A program made the position numbers and the translations under genes. A DNA stretch of 59,874 bases, filler included. It is 6 parts of 6 records of this genome, joined end to end, with 100 filler letters (N's around TTAATTAATTAA, not from the genome) between each part and the next. Parts side by side here need not be neighbours in the genome. Positions count along the whole stretch, not along the records: positions 1 to 12,679 come from SRR31156797_3814; positions 12,780 to 24,170 come from SRR31156797_3815; 4 more parts are not named here. One strand, written 5' to 3'. Positions 10,362 through 19,023 of the stretch are shown here, one piece after another. The first letter of the stretch is position 1; each line of letters opens with the position of its first letter. Below the pieces are notes generated by a model. The model did no database searches and had not been told where the DNA came from. It saw only the letters and a program-made list of their open reading frames with translations.

Positions 10362-10788
10362 GCTCTATTTGTTGTGCAGGACTTAAAATAATATTGTTGA
10401 TTTTATTTTCAACTTCATCATACTTACTTGTTAAGTTAGAACCTTTTCTAACCCCTTGTCCTTCAAATTTTCCATCTTCTTCTATGATAAGTTCATTGTA
10501 TTTCATATTTCCTATGACTTTACCTTCTGATAAAATTTGAACTTGGTTACAATCGATTTTTCCATCTAGTAATCCACTAACGATTAAGTTATTTGCTTTT
10601 ATATCACCAATAACTTCACCAGTTTTACCGATAGATATCATATCAGCTTCAAGGATAACACCTTCAAACTTTCCATCTATGTGAACACTACCTTCAGTTG
10701 TAATTCCACCAATTATACAAGTACCTTGCGCAATTACGGTTGCACCATTTTGTACTGTTCGTTTATTAGCCTTACCAAAGATTCCCAT
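10345..10788 (-). CDS. Bactofilin (polymer-forming cytoskeletal protein, CcmA-like)
   Basis: TVIAQGTCIIGGI...IDGKFEG...IGKTGEVIGDIKA beta-helix repeats. Confidence 0.9.
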   Translation of the reverse strand: MGIFGKANKRTVQNGATVIAQGTCIIGGITTEGSVHIDGKFEGVILEADMISIGKTGEVIGDIKANNLIVSGLLDGKIDCNQVQILSEGKVIGNMKYNELIIEEDGKFEGQGVRKGSNLTSKYDEVENKINNIILSPAQQIEHDSRK

Positions 10789-11657
10789 TGAACTCTCCTC
10801 TGTTTTTTAAAAATTCGATTATAATTACCAAGTTGCCAAGTCATAAACTCATTTGGGTTTAATACTTTTAATCCATATCTAACTTCGTAATGAAGATGTG
10901 GAGCAGTACTTCTACCACTATTTCCACTAATTCCAATTTTTTGATTTTTTCTAATTATATCACCTGTTCGAACATAAGTTTTACTTAAATGAGCATAAAT
11001 TGTTTCAAAACCATAATTGTGTCTAATCTTAATTACTCTACCAAAATCACCTATATTTTTTGGTTGAACATAACTTACAATTCCATCAGCAGTAGCAAAA
11101 ACTTCATCTTTTCTCGCTCGTAAGTCTATACCTCTATGAAATTTTTTTGTTTTAGTTACTGGGTGAACTCTATATCCATATCTAGATGTTACGGTTGTTT
11201 CTTTTAAAGGAGACCCACTTGGTATAACAGTTAGCATATACATTTTAACATTGTCATTAATCTTTTTAAGTGTCTCTTGAGTAATCTCTTCTTTACTCTC
11301 ATTGTCGTTTCTAAGACCAATCATCTCTTCTATATGATCAAGTTTAGAGCTTAACGCTTCAATATCTTTTACTTTGCCTTTTATTTGCATTGAATAAAAT
11401 TGGTTTTGTGCTTGTAGTTTTTTCTCTTTTTCAACTAAAGAGCTTATTTCTTCTTCTTTAAGATTTATCTCTTGCTCTTTTTCATGTTTTAAAGTATCCA
11501 TTCTATCGTTTAATTCAGATATAAACCAAAACGAACCTCCAATTACTACAATAACAATTGCAACAATAATAAGTATTAATTTTTTTATAATTTGATGTAC
11601 ATTAAAAGCTCTTGTACCTTGTACATCTGAAATTGTTATTATTAATCTATCTTTCAT
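10734..11657 (-). CDS. M23 family peptidase (Csd1-like)
   Basis: N-terminal TM and coiled coil; HRGID, YAHL, HLHYEV motifs. Confidence 0.92.
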   Translation of the reverse strand: MKDRLIITISDVQGTRAFNVHQIIKKLILIIVAIVIVVIGGSFWFISELNDRMDTLKHEKEQEINLKEEEISSLVEKEKKLQAQNQFYSMQIKGKVKDIEALSSKLDHIEEMIGLRNDNESKEEITQETLKKINDNVKMYMLTVIPSGSPLKETTVTSRYGYRVHPVTKTKKFHRGIDLRARKDEVFATADGIVSYVQPKNIGDFGRVIKIRHNYGFETIYAHLSKTYVRTGDIIRKNQKIGISGNSGRSTAPHLHYEVRYGLKVLNPNEFMTWQLGNYNRIFKKQRRVQWESLVRLINEQYKMVQP

Positions 11658-12678
11658 TTATTCCCATATTTTTTAAAAAATTTTCTACAACTAAAAATGA
11701 ACCAAATATTAAATAATCTATATCATCTCTTATTTCATCTTTAGTATTTACTATTATATTCAAACTTTTACAAATTTCTAATAAATTATTTTTATCTACC
11801 ATTCTTTTATCATCAATTGGTAAAATTATTATTTCATTTATAATGGGTTTTAAAATCTCTAAAACCCCTTTATAATCCTTATCTTTATAGGAATTATAAA
11901 CCAATGTGATTTTCTTATTTTTAAATTCATCAGCTAAGTTTTTTGCGGCTAAGGGGTTATGTCCCACATCAATTGTAATATTTGGTTTTATTTTTTCACA
12001 TCTACCAAAGAGTTTTAAATCTTCAAAATACTCAAAACACACTTTGATATTTAATTCTTCTAAAGCTTTTACAACTAATGATAAGTTTCTTTTTAAAAAT
12101 ATAGGTAGTTGTTTTTTTAAACTAATATTTTCAAAATTTTCAACTTTTTGTATCTTAATATCTAAGTCAAACTCTTCTTTTAACTCTTTTTTTACTTGTT
12201 TTGCTACATCATAAACTTCACAAAATTCTTGATACCCTATCAACATCTTCTTATCCACTGAACGCATTTTTGTTCTAGCTATCTCTTCAATCGTATTACC
12301 TAAAAAGCTTTGGTGGTCAATACCTATTGTAGTAATTAGTGATAAATCACTTGGAACCACATTTGTAGCATCAAACTCTCCACCAAGACCAGCTTCTAAA
12401 ACTAAGTAGTCTAAGCCATCGCTTAATACAAAAGAGAGAAGTGTTGTGTATTCAAAATATGTAAGTTTTTCCAATAAATTTACAGGAAGATATGTTTGAA
12501 GTTTTTTGCTTGCAAACTCAAGTTCAAAATCAGTACTGTTTTTACCATTTATCCATATTCTTTCATTGAACTCTAAAATATGAGGAGAACTATAATGAAG
12601 AGTTTTAAATCCACTTTTTACTAAATGATGTGACAAAAATCTCCCAGTGCTTCCTTTTCCATTTGTTCCAACAATATG
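11647..12678 (-). CDS. folC: Bifunctional folylpolyglutamate/dihydrofolate synthase (5'-truncated at contig end)
   Basis: Frame extends to the contig end: HIVGTNGKGSTG; LEAGLGGEFDATN; DVGHN. Confidence 0.92.
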   Translation of the reverse strand, partial: HIVGTNGKGSTGRFLSHHLVKSGFKTLHYSSPHILEFNERIWINGKNSTDFELEFASKKLQTYLPVNLLEKLTYFEYTTLLSFVLSDGLDYLVLEAGLGGEFDATNVVPSDLSLITTIGIDHQSFLGNTIEEIARTKMRSVDKKMLIGYQEFCEVYDVAKQVKKELKEEFDLDIKIQKVENFENISLKKQLPIFLKRNLSLVVKALEELNIKVCFEYFEDLKLFGRCEKIKPNITIDVGHNPLAAKNLADEFKNKKITLVYNSYKDKDYKGVLEILKPIINEIIILPIDDKRMVDKNNLLEICKSLNIIVNTKDEIRDDIDYLIFGSFLVVENFLKNMGINER

Positions 12679-12679
12679 A

Positions 12680-12779
12680 NNNNNNNNNNNNNNNNNNNNN
12701 NNNNNNNNNNNNNNNNNNNNNNNTTAATTAATTAANNNNNNNNNNNNNNNNNNNNNNNNNNNNNNNNNNNNNNNNNNNN
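12680..12779. other. Artificial contig-joining spacer
   Basis: N44-TTAATTAATTAA-N44 (stops in all six frames). Confidence 0.99.
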
Positions 12780-12928
12780 CCACAAAACAGGTCTATGACA
12801 CAATGTCCTTCAAGATTCTGAAGGACATTGAAAATATATTCTTTTACTTTACCGGTCGTTGGTCTGATCTTATGCTTGGGGTTGGCAATGTACAGCCCAC
12901 CATAACGACCGCTGATAATTCTGGACAT
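12780..12928 (-). CDS. rsmD: 16S rRNA m2G966 methyltransferase (N-terminal fragment)
   Basis: RIISGRYGG...RPTTGKVKEYIFN...VIDLFC; cut by contig end. Confidence 0.85.
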
Positions 12929-14022
12929 TATTCTCTTTCGTAATAAAGCATCGTCAATTCAAGCAAGTTGGACTGATCCATTTCGTCATAAGTTGACGTA
13001 ACATTCTTTACAACAAAGGCAGCCGGAATAGCTTGTACTTCTTGCAAGAATTCCATCATGGATGTTCTATTACCATTGGCATTTACTTTTAAAACATGCT
13101 CCAGGATACCGCTTTCCAGTTTTTCGGAAGCGATAACATCATGAGTGGCTACTACATCTGAATTGTTGGCAGCTAAAAGCAAATAATCATCAAACCATTC
13201 AAGATCAAGGTCCCATATCCTGTCCGGACGATCTTCTTTTCTCATTGAAGGGAGATCGGAGCTTAATTGCGTGCGAGTCAATTCACCAGCTTGTTCCTGC
13301 TCACCCAATTCAATGGATGAGAACATATCATGCTGTTCGATCACATTTGAATAGGATTGGATCAGCATGGGATATCTGGAACGTACCGACATGGTCATTT
13401 CATTGTCATCGATCATGAATTTATCCATGATCATACCACCGGGAACTTTTGACCAGACAAATTCAGCAGCCATCATGTTCCTTCTTGATATTGCCAGTTC
13501 ATCTCTGATCCTATCAAAGATCTCAGGACTTTCCAGTATCTTTTCTTCCGTTGATTCTTTTACGATCTCTTTTTCAATCGGTTTTTTGACCTTGATGACC
13601 TGTTGAGGTACATTTTCTTCCACGACCTCGGTCTTAGCTTCTTCGGTCTTTACCTCTTTGGGAATATCAACGGTATATTCAACTTTATCATCATTTCGAT
13701 GTAACCAGGATGTTTGGATCTTATCTGTGGTTTTATTCCACACCTTCGCCACTCCCCGGCCGAAATCTTTAAATATATCGATGGTTCTATCCGGATGCAC
13801 AATAAATGAAGCACCTAAAGCAACGATTATCAGGATAAGAAGAAATAACCAAAAGCGGAATTTCTTCTTTTTCTTGTATTCCTGTGGCTGAGGAGCCGGT
13901 TGCTGAAAATAAAAGTCATCGTTTCCCCCGGAAAAAGTATCGTCAAAACTAAGGACTTCCTTTTGCTTTTTCTGATGAGGGACCTTTGTCATCTGGTCTT
14001 CGCGTAACAAATTGATCTTCAT
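12928..14022 (-). CDS. Membrane-anchored protein, putative PilN-PilO fusion
   Basis: MKINLL start, single TM, PilN-like segment (VP.GM.M..F.......MSV.S....IQSY...IEQ..MFSSI.L), PilO-like C-terminus (LKVNANG....MEFL.EV..IP...VV..V). Confidence 0.5.
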   Translation of the reverse strand: MKINLLREDQMTKVPHQKKQKEVLSFDDTFSGGNDDFYFQQPAPQPQEYKKKKKFRFWLFLLILIIVALGASFIVHPDRTIDIFKDFGRGVAKVWNKTTDKIQTSWLHRNDDKVEYTVDIPKEVKTEEAKTEVVEENVPQQVIKVKKPIEKEIVKESTEEKILESPEIFDRIRDELAISRRNMMAAEFVWSKVPGGMIMDKFMIDDNEMTMSVRSRYPMLIQSYSNVIEQHDMFSSIELGEQEQAGELTRTQLSSDLPSMRKEDRPDRIWDLDLEWFDDYLLLAANNSDVVATHDVIASEKLESGILEHVLKVNANGNRTSMMEFLQEVQAIPAAFVVKNVTSTYDEMDQSNLLELTMLYYERE

Positions 14023-14034
14023 ATCCTAACCTCC

Positions 14035-14931
14035 TTAGATCAATGCGCCCAATGCGGAAGAAAAAACCGTATCGTAATGCTTATCATACGACACCGAAGG
14101 CTTTTGGTATGTAGCATTCACCTTCATGGGATTCAGAATAACGATATCCGGTTGTATTTCAACCAGTTCGTGCATATCCTGAATATGCTGACTGTCACCT
14201 GTTAGGAATATCCTGTACCTGTCAAGCTCTGCAGCATTTTTTTGAACAACCGCCTCACAGAGACCTGCCGGAATAACACCGTTACGGGCAATATACAGAA
14301 GATGATCATTGATATAAGAGAAACGTGCATAACCGAGTATATTGTCGTTTTGGACATTTACCAGTTCATACTCGTTTTTCTTAAGATCAACCACCACATA
14401 TTCCGTATCCCTGGATGCATTCTTGGCAACCTCTGTCGCATTGAATATGTTAATCCCCATTCCTACCATCCTGCAGTCATATTCCTCGCAAATTGAACGA
14501 AAAAGCTCGAGGATCATTTTCGGGTAGTAAATGGACGTTAATAACGCTAAACCATTCTCTTTATGAATAACTTTTACCTGACAGTCGCTCTGAGAAATCA
14601 ATTCTTTTCCGAATTTAAGCTCTGTCAGCCATACGTCTTTGTCGACGATGGTTTTTACATTTTCTTTGGGTACATCGTCATATACTGCTATATAAGCAAG
14701 ATCCGCAGGAAAAGAGAAATAAATGTCTTGTTCCTTTTCTGGAAGAACATCAAGTACCTCTTTCAACATATCACTGAGCAGATCCCGTGCATTATGCTGA
14801 TAGATAAAACTCCTGTCAAAAGAAAAACCCGGAGAGAACAAACCGAGTTGTTCTATGCTGTCCTTCCCCTTCTGCGTCTCGTTTAGATATACAAATACAG
14901 ACTCTTCGTGATGTAACGCAAGAGTTAACAT
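14035..14931 (-). CDS. Divergent PilM-like (actin/FtsA fold) protein
   Basis: VVVDL, IFLTGD, ILNPM and terminal FSSALGAL parallel PilM I.LSGG, NPF and A.GLAL; lies directly upstream of an INLL protein. Confidence 0.5.
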   Translation of the reverse strand: MLTLALHHEESVFVYLNETQKGKDSIEQLGLFSPGFSFDRSFIYQHNARDLLSDMLKEVLDVLPEKEQDIYFSFPADLAYIAVYDDVPKENVKTIVDKDVWLTELKFGKELISQSDCQVKVIHKENGLALLTSIYYPKMILELFRSICEEYDCRMVGMGINIFNATEVAKNASRDTEYVVVDLKKNEYELVNVQNDNILGYARFSYINDHLLYIARNGVIPAGLCEAVVQKNAAELDRYRIFLTGDSQHIQDMHELVEIQPDIVILNPMKVNATYQKPSVSYDKHYDTVFSSALGALI

Positions 14932-14933
14932 AT

Positions 14934-15698
14934 TTATCTATCCCAGGTCGCTTCCCCATTCATAATTGAACCGTGACCGGTGTCCTTGTATGTGAAGAAA
15001 AAGTATTTTCTGTCCGTATAACCGCCACGAATTGGGCTGTTAATAATAACCGTGTCACTTTCTTTTCCTTTTACCGTAACAGGATATTCCATGTCGGTCA
15101 AAGGACATACAAGTAGAGAATCTACCAGGTTAAAATATTTATATTTAATCACTTTTTCAATGATAGTATCGATCGTTGTATCGATAATGATACCTTCCCA
15201 CAATGTATCGGTATATTTATAGCGATCTTTATTTTCACCAAGATATATGGTGTCCCAACCGCCGGACTCCAAGTTCAGTTCAACTGCTTTGTAAACACCT
15301 ACTAAACTTGTGTCTTTTGCATGATATGGACGTGAAAACACGGTATCATATTCAACTTCCCAGAACTCCGGGACAGCAATAGTGATCTCTTCATTCTTAT
15401 AACGAATGACTTGCTCACCCACATATTCACTATCTGCCATAATAGAGTCCCGAACCGCCGAAACGAACCAAAGAACGCCTTTCATATCTGCATCATAATA
15501 GCCTGTTAATTTGTGATACATGCGTTGTGCATCCCATAGTTGTTCCATTTTCCACTGAGATCTCACACGCATAGCTTCTTCATCTTTCCAGATATTGCTG
15601 GGAATAAAAATAACCAGTAATAGGATAACGATAAGAATAACTGCTATCCATTTAATAATAAATGACCATCTTTCACTGTAATATTGCTGCTCTTGCAC
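14934..15698 (-). CDS. Pilin-like membrane-anchored hypothetical protein
   Basis: Hydrophobic helix ending IFIP followed by MEQLWDAQRMYHKLTGYY (pilin alpha1-like); no G/F...E5 cleavage motif. Confidence 0.45.
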   Translation of the reverse strand: MQEQQYYSERWSFIIKWIAVILIVILLLVIFIPSNIWKDEEAMRVRSQWKMEQLWDAQRMYHKLTGYYDADMKGVLWFVSAVRDSIMADSEYVGEQVIRYKNEEITIAVPEFWEVEYDTVFSRPYHAKDTSLVGVYKAVELNLESGGWDTIYLGENKDRYKYTDTLWEGIIIDTTIDTIIEKVIKYKYFNLVDSLLVCPLTDMEYPVTVKGKESDTVIINSPIRGGYTDRKYFFFTYKDTGHGSIMNGEATWDR

Positions 15699-15714
15699 AA
15701 TACCTCCTACTGCA

Positions 15715-16089
15715 CTACAAAGTAATTAAAGGTTTTAATTTTTCTAATGTTTTGGGACCTATTCCGCTGATATTCGTTAATTCATCCAAATTCTTGAACG
15801 GTCCGTTTTTATCCCGATATTCAATAATATCCTTAGCTCTCTCCATACCAAGAAAAGGAAGCGCCTCTATTTCTACTAACCCTGCAGTATTGATGTTAAC
15901 CGGTTCGGCCGGCAGATCACTACCGTCAAAGTTTTCATCTTCTCTGTCAAATGCTTCTTTTAGATTGACGTCAGCAGAGCGCAAAACACGTTGTTTTTTA
16001 ATAACCTTGCGGACGATAAACCCCACTACTCCCAAAAGGAGTACAAGTGCAATTACCAGAATGATGTTTTTTTCTTTTTTAGTGAACAT
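15715..16089 (-). CDS. comEA: ComEA-family helix-hairpin-helix DNA-binding protein
   Basis: N-terminal TM; VNINTA...LPFLG..RA..II.YR.KNGPF...L..ISGIG.KTLEKL. Confidence 0.88.
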   Translation of the reverse strand: MFTKKEKNIILVIALVLLLGVVGFIVRKVIKKQRVLRSADVNLKEAFDREDENFDGSDLPAEPVNINTAGLVEIEALPFLGMERAKDIIEYRDKNGPFKNLDELTNISGIGPKTLEKLKPLITL

Positions 16090-16104
16090 AAAAACAGCCC
16101 CTTT

Positions 16105-17229
16105 TTAGGGTACAAACTTCTCAATTTTACTATTTTTTTTCTTGGAATACAATTGATATAATTCTTTTATCAGGTTTTTTTCATTCTTATCTAAGTGAGA
16201 CGGTGTCTCTATTTTAACCTGTATCAACTGGTCGCCGTGACGATGGCCATGTAAGACCGGAAGGCCCTTGCCCCGCAATCTGTATATTTTGCCATTCTCG
16301 GTACCTGAATTTATTTTAAAACTGACTTTTCCGCTCAATGTCGGCACCTCAATCTCATCGCCTAGAACAGCTTGAGGCCAGGAGATCACACATGTTATGA
16401 TCACATCGTTCCCGGAACGTGTGAATATGTTATGTGATTTTTCTTTAAAGATCACGATCAGGTCGCCTGTTTCACCGCCACGTTTTCCTGAATTCCCTTC
16501 GCCATTCAAGGTCATGTAATTACCGTCTTGAACACCTGCAGGAATATCAATGGAAACAGTTGCTTCTTGTTTGACCCTGCCTTCGCCATGGCATACATTA
16601 CATGGCGTTTCAAGTACCGTTCCTTGTCCATGGCATTGATAACAAGCTTTCTCGCTGATCATTTGACCAAAGAAAGAGTTAACGCGTTCGCGTACTTTAC
16701 CGGTTCCGTGACAGACCGAGCAAGTATGTTTGCCGGTGCCCCCTTCTCCATGGCAGGTGGAGCAGGATTCAAAACGTTTGATCTTGATCTGCTTTTTTAC
16801 ACCGCTGTATATCTCTTCAAGTGTCAGCCTGAGATTAACTCTCATATCCGAACCGCGATTTGTATCTCTTCTTTGTGTATTTCCGCCAAAAAAGGAACCA
16901 AAACCACCACCACCGAATGCATCTCCAAAGATATTGCCAAACTGGGAAAAAATATCATCCATGGACATTCCCTGTCCGCTGAAACCTCCGCCGCCAAAAC
17001 CATTTTGTTTCAGTCCGTCATGTCCAAACTGATCATAACGCTGTTTTTTCTCGGGATCGGATAAAACGGAATAGGCTTCAGCCGCTTCTTTAAATTTTTC
17101 TTCGGCTTCTTTGTTATCTGGATTTTTATCAGGATGGTATTTTACAGCTAATTTACGATAAGCTTTCTTCAGCTCATCTTCCGAAGCGCTTTTACTTACC
17201 CCTAATATATCATAATAATCTCTTGGCAT
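16105..17229 (-). CDS. dnaJ: Chaperone DnaJ
   Basis: J domain with HPD, G/F region, four CxxCxGxG repeats, C-terminal domain. Confidence 0.97.
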   Translation of the reverse strand: MPRDYYDILGVSKSASEDELKKAYRKLAVKYHPDKNPDNKEAEEKFKEAAEAYSVLSDPEKKQRYDQFGHDGLKQNGFGGGGFSGQGMSMDDIFSQFGNIFGDAFGGGGFGSFFGGNTQRRDTNRGSDMRVNLRLTLEEIYSGVKKQIKIKRFESCSTCHGEGGTGKHTCSVCHGTGKVRERVNSFFGQMISEKACYQCHGQGTVLETPCNVCHGEGRVKQEATVSIDIPAGVQDGNYMTLNGEGNSGKRGGETGDLIVIFKEKSHNIFTRSGNDVIITCVISWPQAVLGDEIEVPTLSGKVSFKINSGTENGKIYRLRGKGLPVLHGHRHGDQLIQVKIETPSHLDKNEKNLIKELYQLYSKKKNSKIEKFVP

Positions 17230-17232
17230 ATT

Positions 17233-17931
17233 TTACTCAATTATATTTACGATTACCTTCGCATGGCGAAGTACTTTTTTACCGACCATATAACCTTTTT
17301 CGAACTCTTCAAGGATAATATTATCAGCTTTGTCTTCTTCTGCTCGCGTCAGCATGGCATCATGCTTGTCTGGGTCGAATTCTTGTCCTATAGATTCAAA
17401 AGGTTTCACATCATATGTGTCAAGATAAGTCATCAACTTGTTTTTGACCATTGTTAAAACCTGGCTTGTTTCATCATCGCTATGATGCTGCAAAGCACGG
17501 TCAATATCATCAATGACCGGTATAAGATCCCCGAGCATATTTTCTTTATATAGCTCTTTGCTGCGAACTTGTTCTTTATTTATTCTTTTTTTGAAATTTT
17601 CGAACTCAGCGGCCAATAAAAGAAGATCTTCATTGCTCTTTTTAAAATTGGCTTTCAGGTCCTCGTTTTCAAGGATCAAAGCATCGATCTCTTTTTGAGT
17701 TAAAGAAGGTTTCTTTTCAGCACTTTTCTTTTTTTTCTTATCAGTCGTAGCCTTCTTGTCAGCCGTAGCTTTAGCGGAGGATGACTTTTCTGTCTTCTGC
17801 TTATTGCCTTCTGCCTTCTGACTTCCGGCTTCTGATTTCTGCTTACTATCTACTGATTTCTGTTCTTTTGCGGGCTCCTTTGGCGAAGTGTCTTTCACCT
17901 TTGGATCTTTTTTTGATTTTTCGTCTGTCAT
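17233..17931 (-). CDS. grpE: Nucleotide exchange factor GrpE with long low-complexity N-terminus
   Basis: AAEFENFKKR, FDPDKHDAM, KGY...KVLRHAKV; AAGGAG SD. Confidence 0.95.
   Translation of the reverse strand: MTDEKSKKDPKVKDTSPKEPAKEQKSVDSKQKSEAGSQKAEGNKQKTEKSSSAKATADKKATTDKKKKKSAEKKPSLTQKEIDALILENEDLKANFKKSNEDLLLLAAEFENFKKRINKEQVRSKELYKENMLGDLIPVIDDIDRALQHHSDDETSQVLTMVKNKLMTYLDTYDVKPFESIGQEFDPDKHDAMLTRAEEDKADNIILEEFEKGYMVGKKVLRHAKVIVNIIE
17788..17864 (+). repeat. Degenerate 7-nt tandem repeat (11 units, consensus TTCTGNY) inside grpE
   Basis: ttctgtc ttctgct tattgcc ttctgcc ttctgac ttccggc ttctgat ttctgct tactatc tactgat ttctgtt. Confidence 0.85.
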
Positions 17932-18056
17932 TCGTTTATTCTCCTTCGTTAGACGATTATCCTTCCCTGCCCCGCAAAGATAATAAATTTACAGTAATTT
18001 CATAACACTTTCAAGAAATAATGCATGCGAGTTTCTTCATAAAAATCATCTCAAAA

Positions 18057-18085
18057 TGTACGGGCGACTCATGAGTCGCCCTAAT
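18057..18085. repeat. REP-like perfect palindrome
   Basis: tGTAC-GGGCGACTCATGAGTCGCCC-taat; 20-bp perfect palindrome at 18062-18081. Confidence 0.6.
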
Positions 18086-18110
18086 AAAAAGGGAGGCTCG
18101 AGAGCCTCCC
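18082..18110 (-). terminator. Intrinsic terminator after rsfS
   Basis: GGGAGGCTC-nn-GAGCCTCCC stem followed on the minus strand by TTTTTATTA. Confidence 0.8.
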
Positions 18111-18146
18111 GCACATATGATTCAAATCATTTTTTGGATTTATTAT

Positions 18147-18524
18147 TTATTCGTCACGGATTATCATTTTCTCCGCATCGGACCAAAGGGTTTCAAGATC
18201 ATAGTATTCGCGAGTTTCGTTATTGAAAATATGAACAACAACGTCAACATAATCCATTAATATCCATTTCAGGTTTTCATAACCTTCTTTTTGCCAGACC
18301 TTGACCTTGTATTGTGATAGTTCATCTTCAATATAATCGCTTAGGGTTTTCATATGTGTATCGGAATTTGCCGTAGCTATAACAAAATAATTGGTAAAAC
18401 CTGCCTGCTTGCTGACATCCAACACCACAATATCTTCGGCCATTTTCTCCAAGGCAAGTTCTGCGATCATCTTTGCAAGTTCATGTGATGTTTCATTGTC
18501 ATTAACAATTTTCTTTTCTGCCAT
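18147..18524 (-). CDS. rsfS: Ribosome silencing factor
   Basis: K.AEDIVVLDV, YFVIATA.S, WILMDYVDVVVHIF, REYYDLE.LW. Confidence 0.95.
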   Translation of the reverse strand: MAEKKIVNDNETSHELAKMIAELALEKMAEDIVVLDVSKQAGFTNYFVIATANSDTHMKTLSDYIEDELSQYKVKVWQKEGYENLKWILMDYVDVVVHIFNNETREYYDLETLWSDAEKMIIRDE

Positions 18525-18537
18525 GAGGCTCCTTTAT

Positions 18538-19023
18538 CTATTCTTCATTGAAGGGAGGTAATTGTTTGTAATCTTTTCCCATAATAATTGTTATATCACA
18601 GGGATAATCCGGTGCCCTGTCATCCAATACGGGATTATTCGGAATTCCTAATTTCTTCGATATTTTGTTGGATGCACTATAATCTTTAGAATGCAGATAT
18701 ATTACGGTCCGCTCATAATTGAAATGATCTGCATTGGTCGTCTCCGATACGTCAAAACCTTGTGTTAGCAAATATTCCCTGAACTTATAAGCCACACCGC
18801 TTACACCATTGCCGTTTAAAATACGTACGACAATATCCATTGATACCTGTTCTTGCTCTTTAGCTATCTTCAGGTCAGGCAAACTGTTGGGAATTTCCAC
18901 CTCAGCGAATTCGCGAATGCGTGCCGGGCGGTCAATCCATGCAGAGTACGCAAAAAAGCCTATCAGTATGACAGCGAAAATAATGACAACATTCAGGATA
19001 GTATTTAGCTGTTTTGCTTCTAT
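18538..19023 (-). CDS. LytR C-terminal domain membrane protein (probable ATA start; ORF track starts it at GTG 18900)
   Basis: VRILNGNGVSGVA, TNAD.F.Y.RTVI, DITIIMGKDY; in-frame TM helix upstream of the GTG. Confidence 0.75.
   Translation of the reverse strand: MEAKQLNTILNVVIIFAVILIGFFAYSAWIDRPARIREFAEVEIPNSLPDLKIAKEQEQVSMDIVVRILNGNGVSGVAYKFREYLLTQGFDVSETTNADHFNYERTVIYLHSKDYSASNKISKKLGIPNNPVLDDRAPDYPCDITIIMGKDYKQLPPFNEE

Noticed and set aside
17932-18056. CIRCE/HrcA operator upstream of grpE-dnaJ
   Set aside because: No TTAGCACTC-N9-GAGTGCTAA match; grpE-dnaJ without adjacent dnaK is common in FCB bacteria
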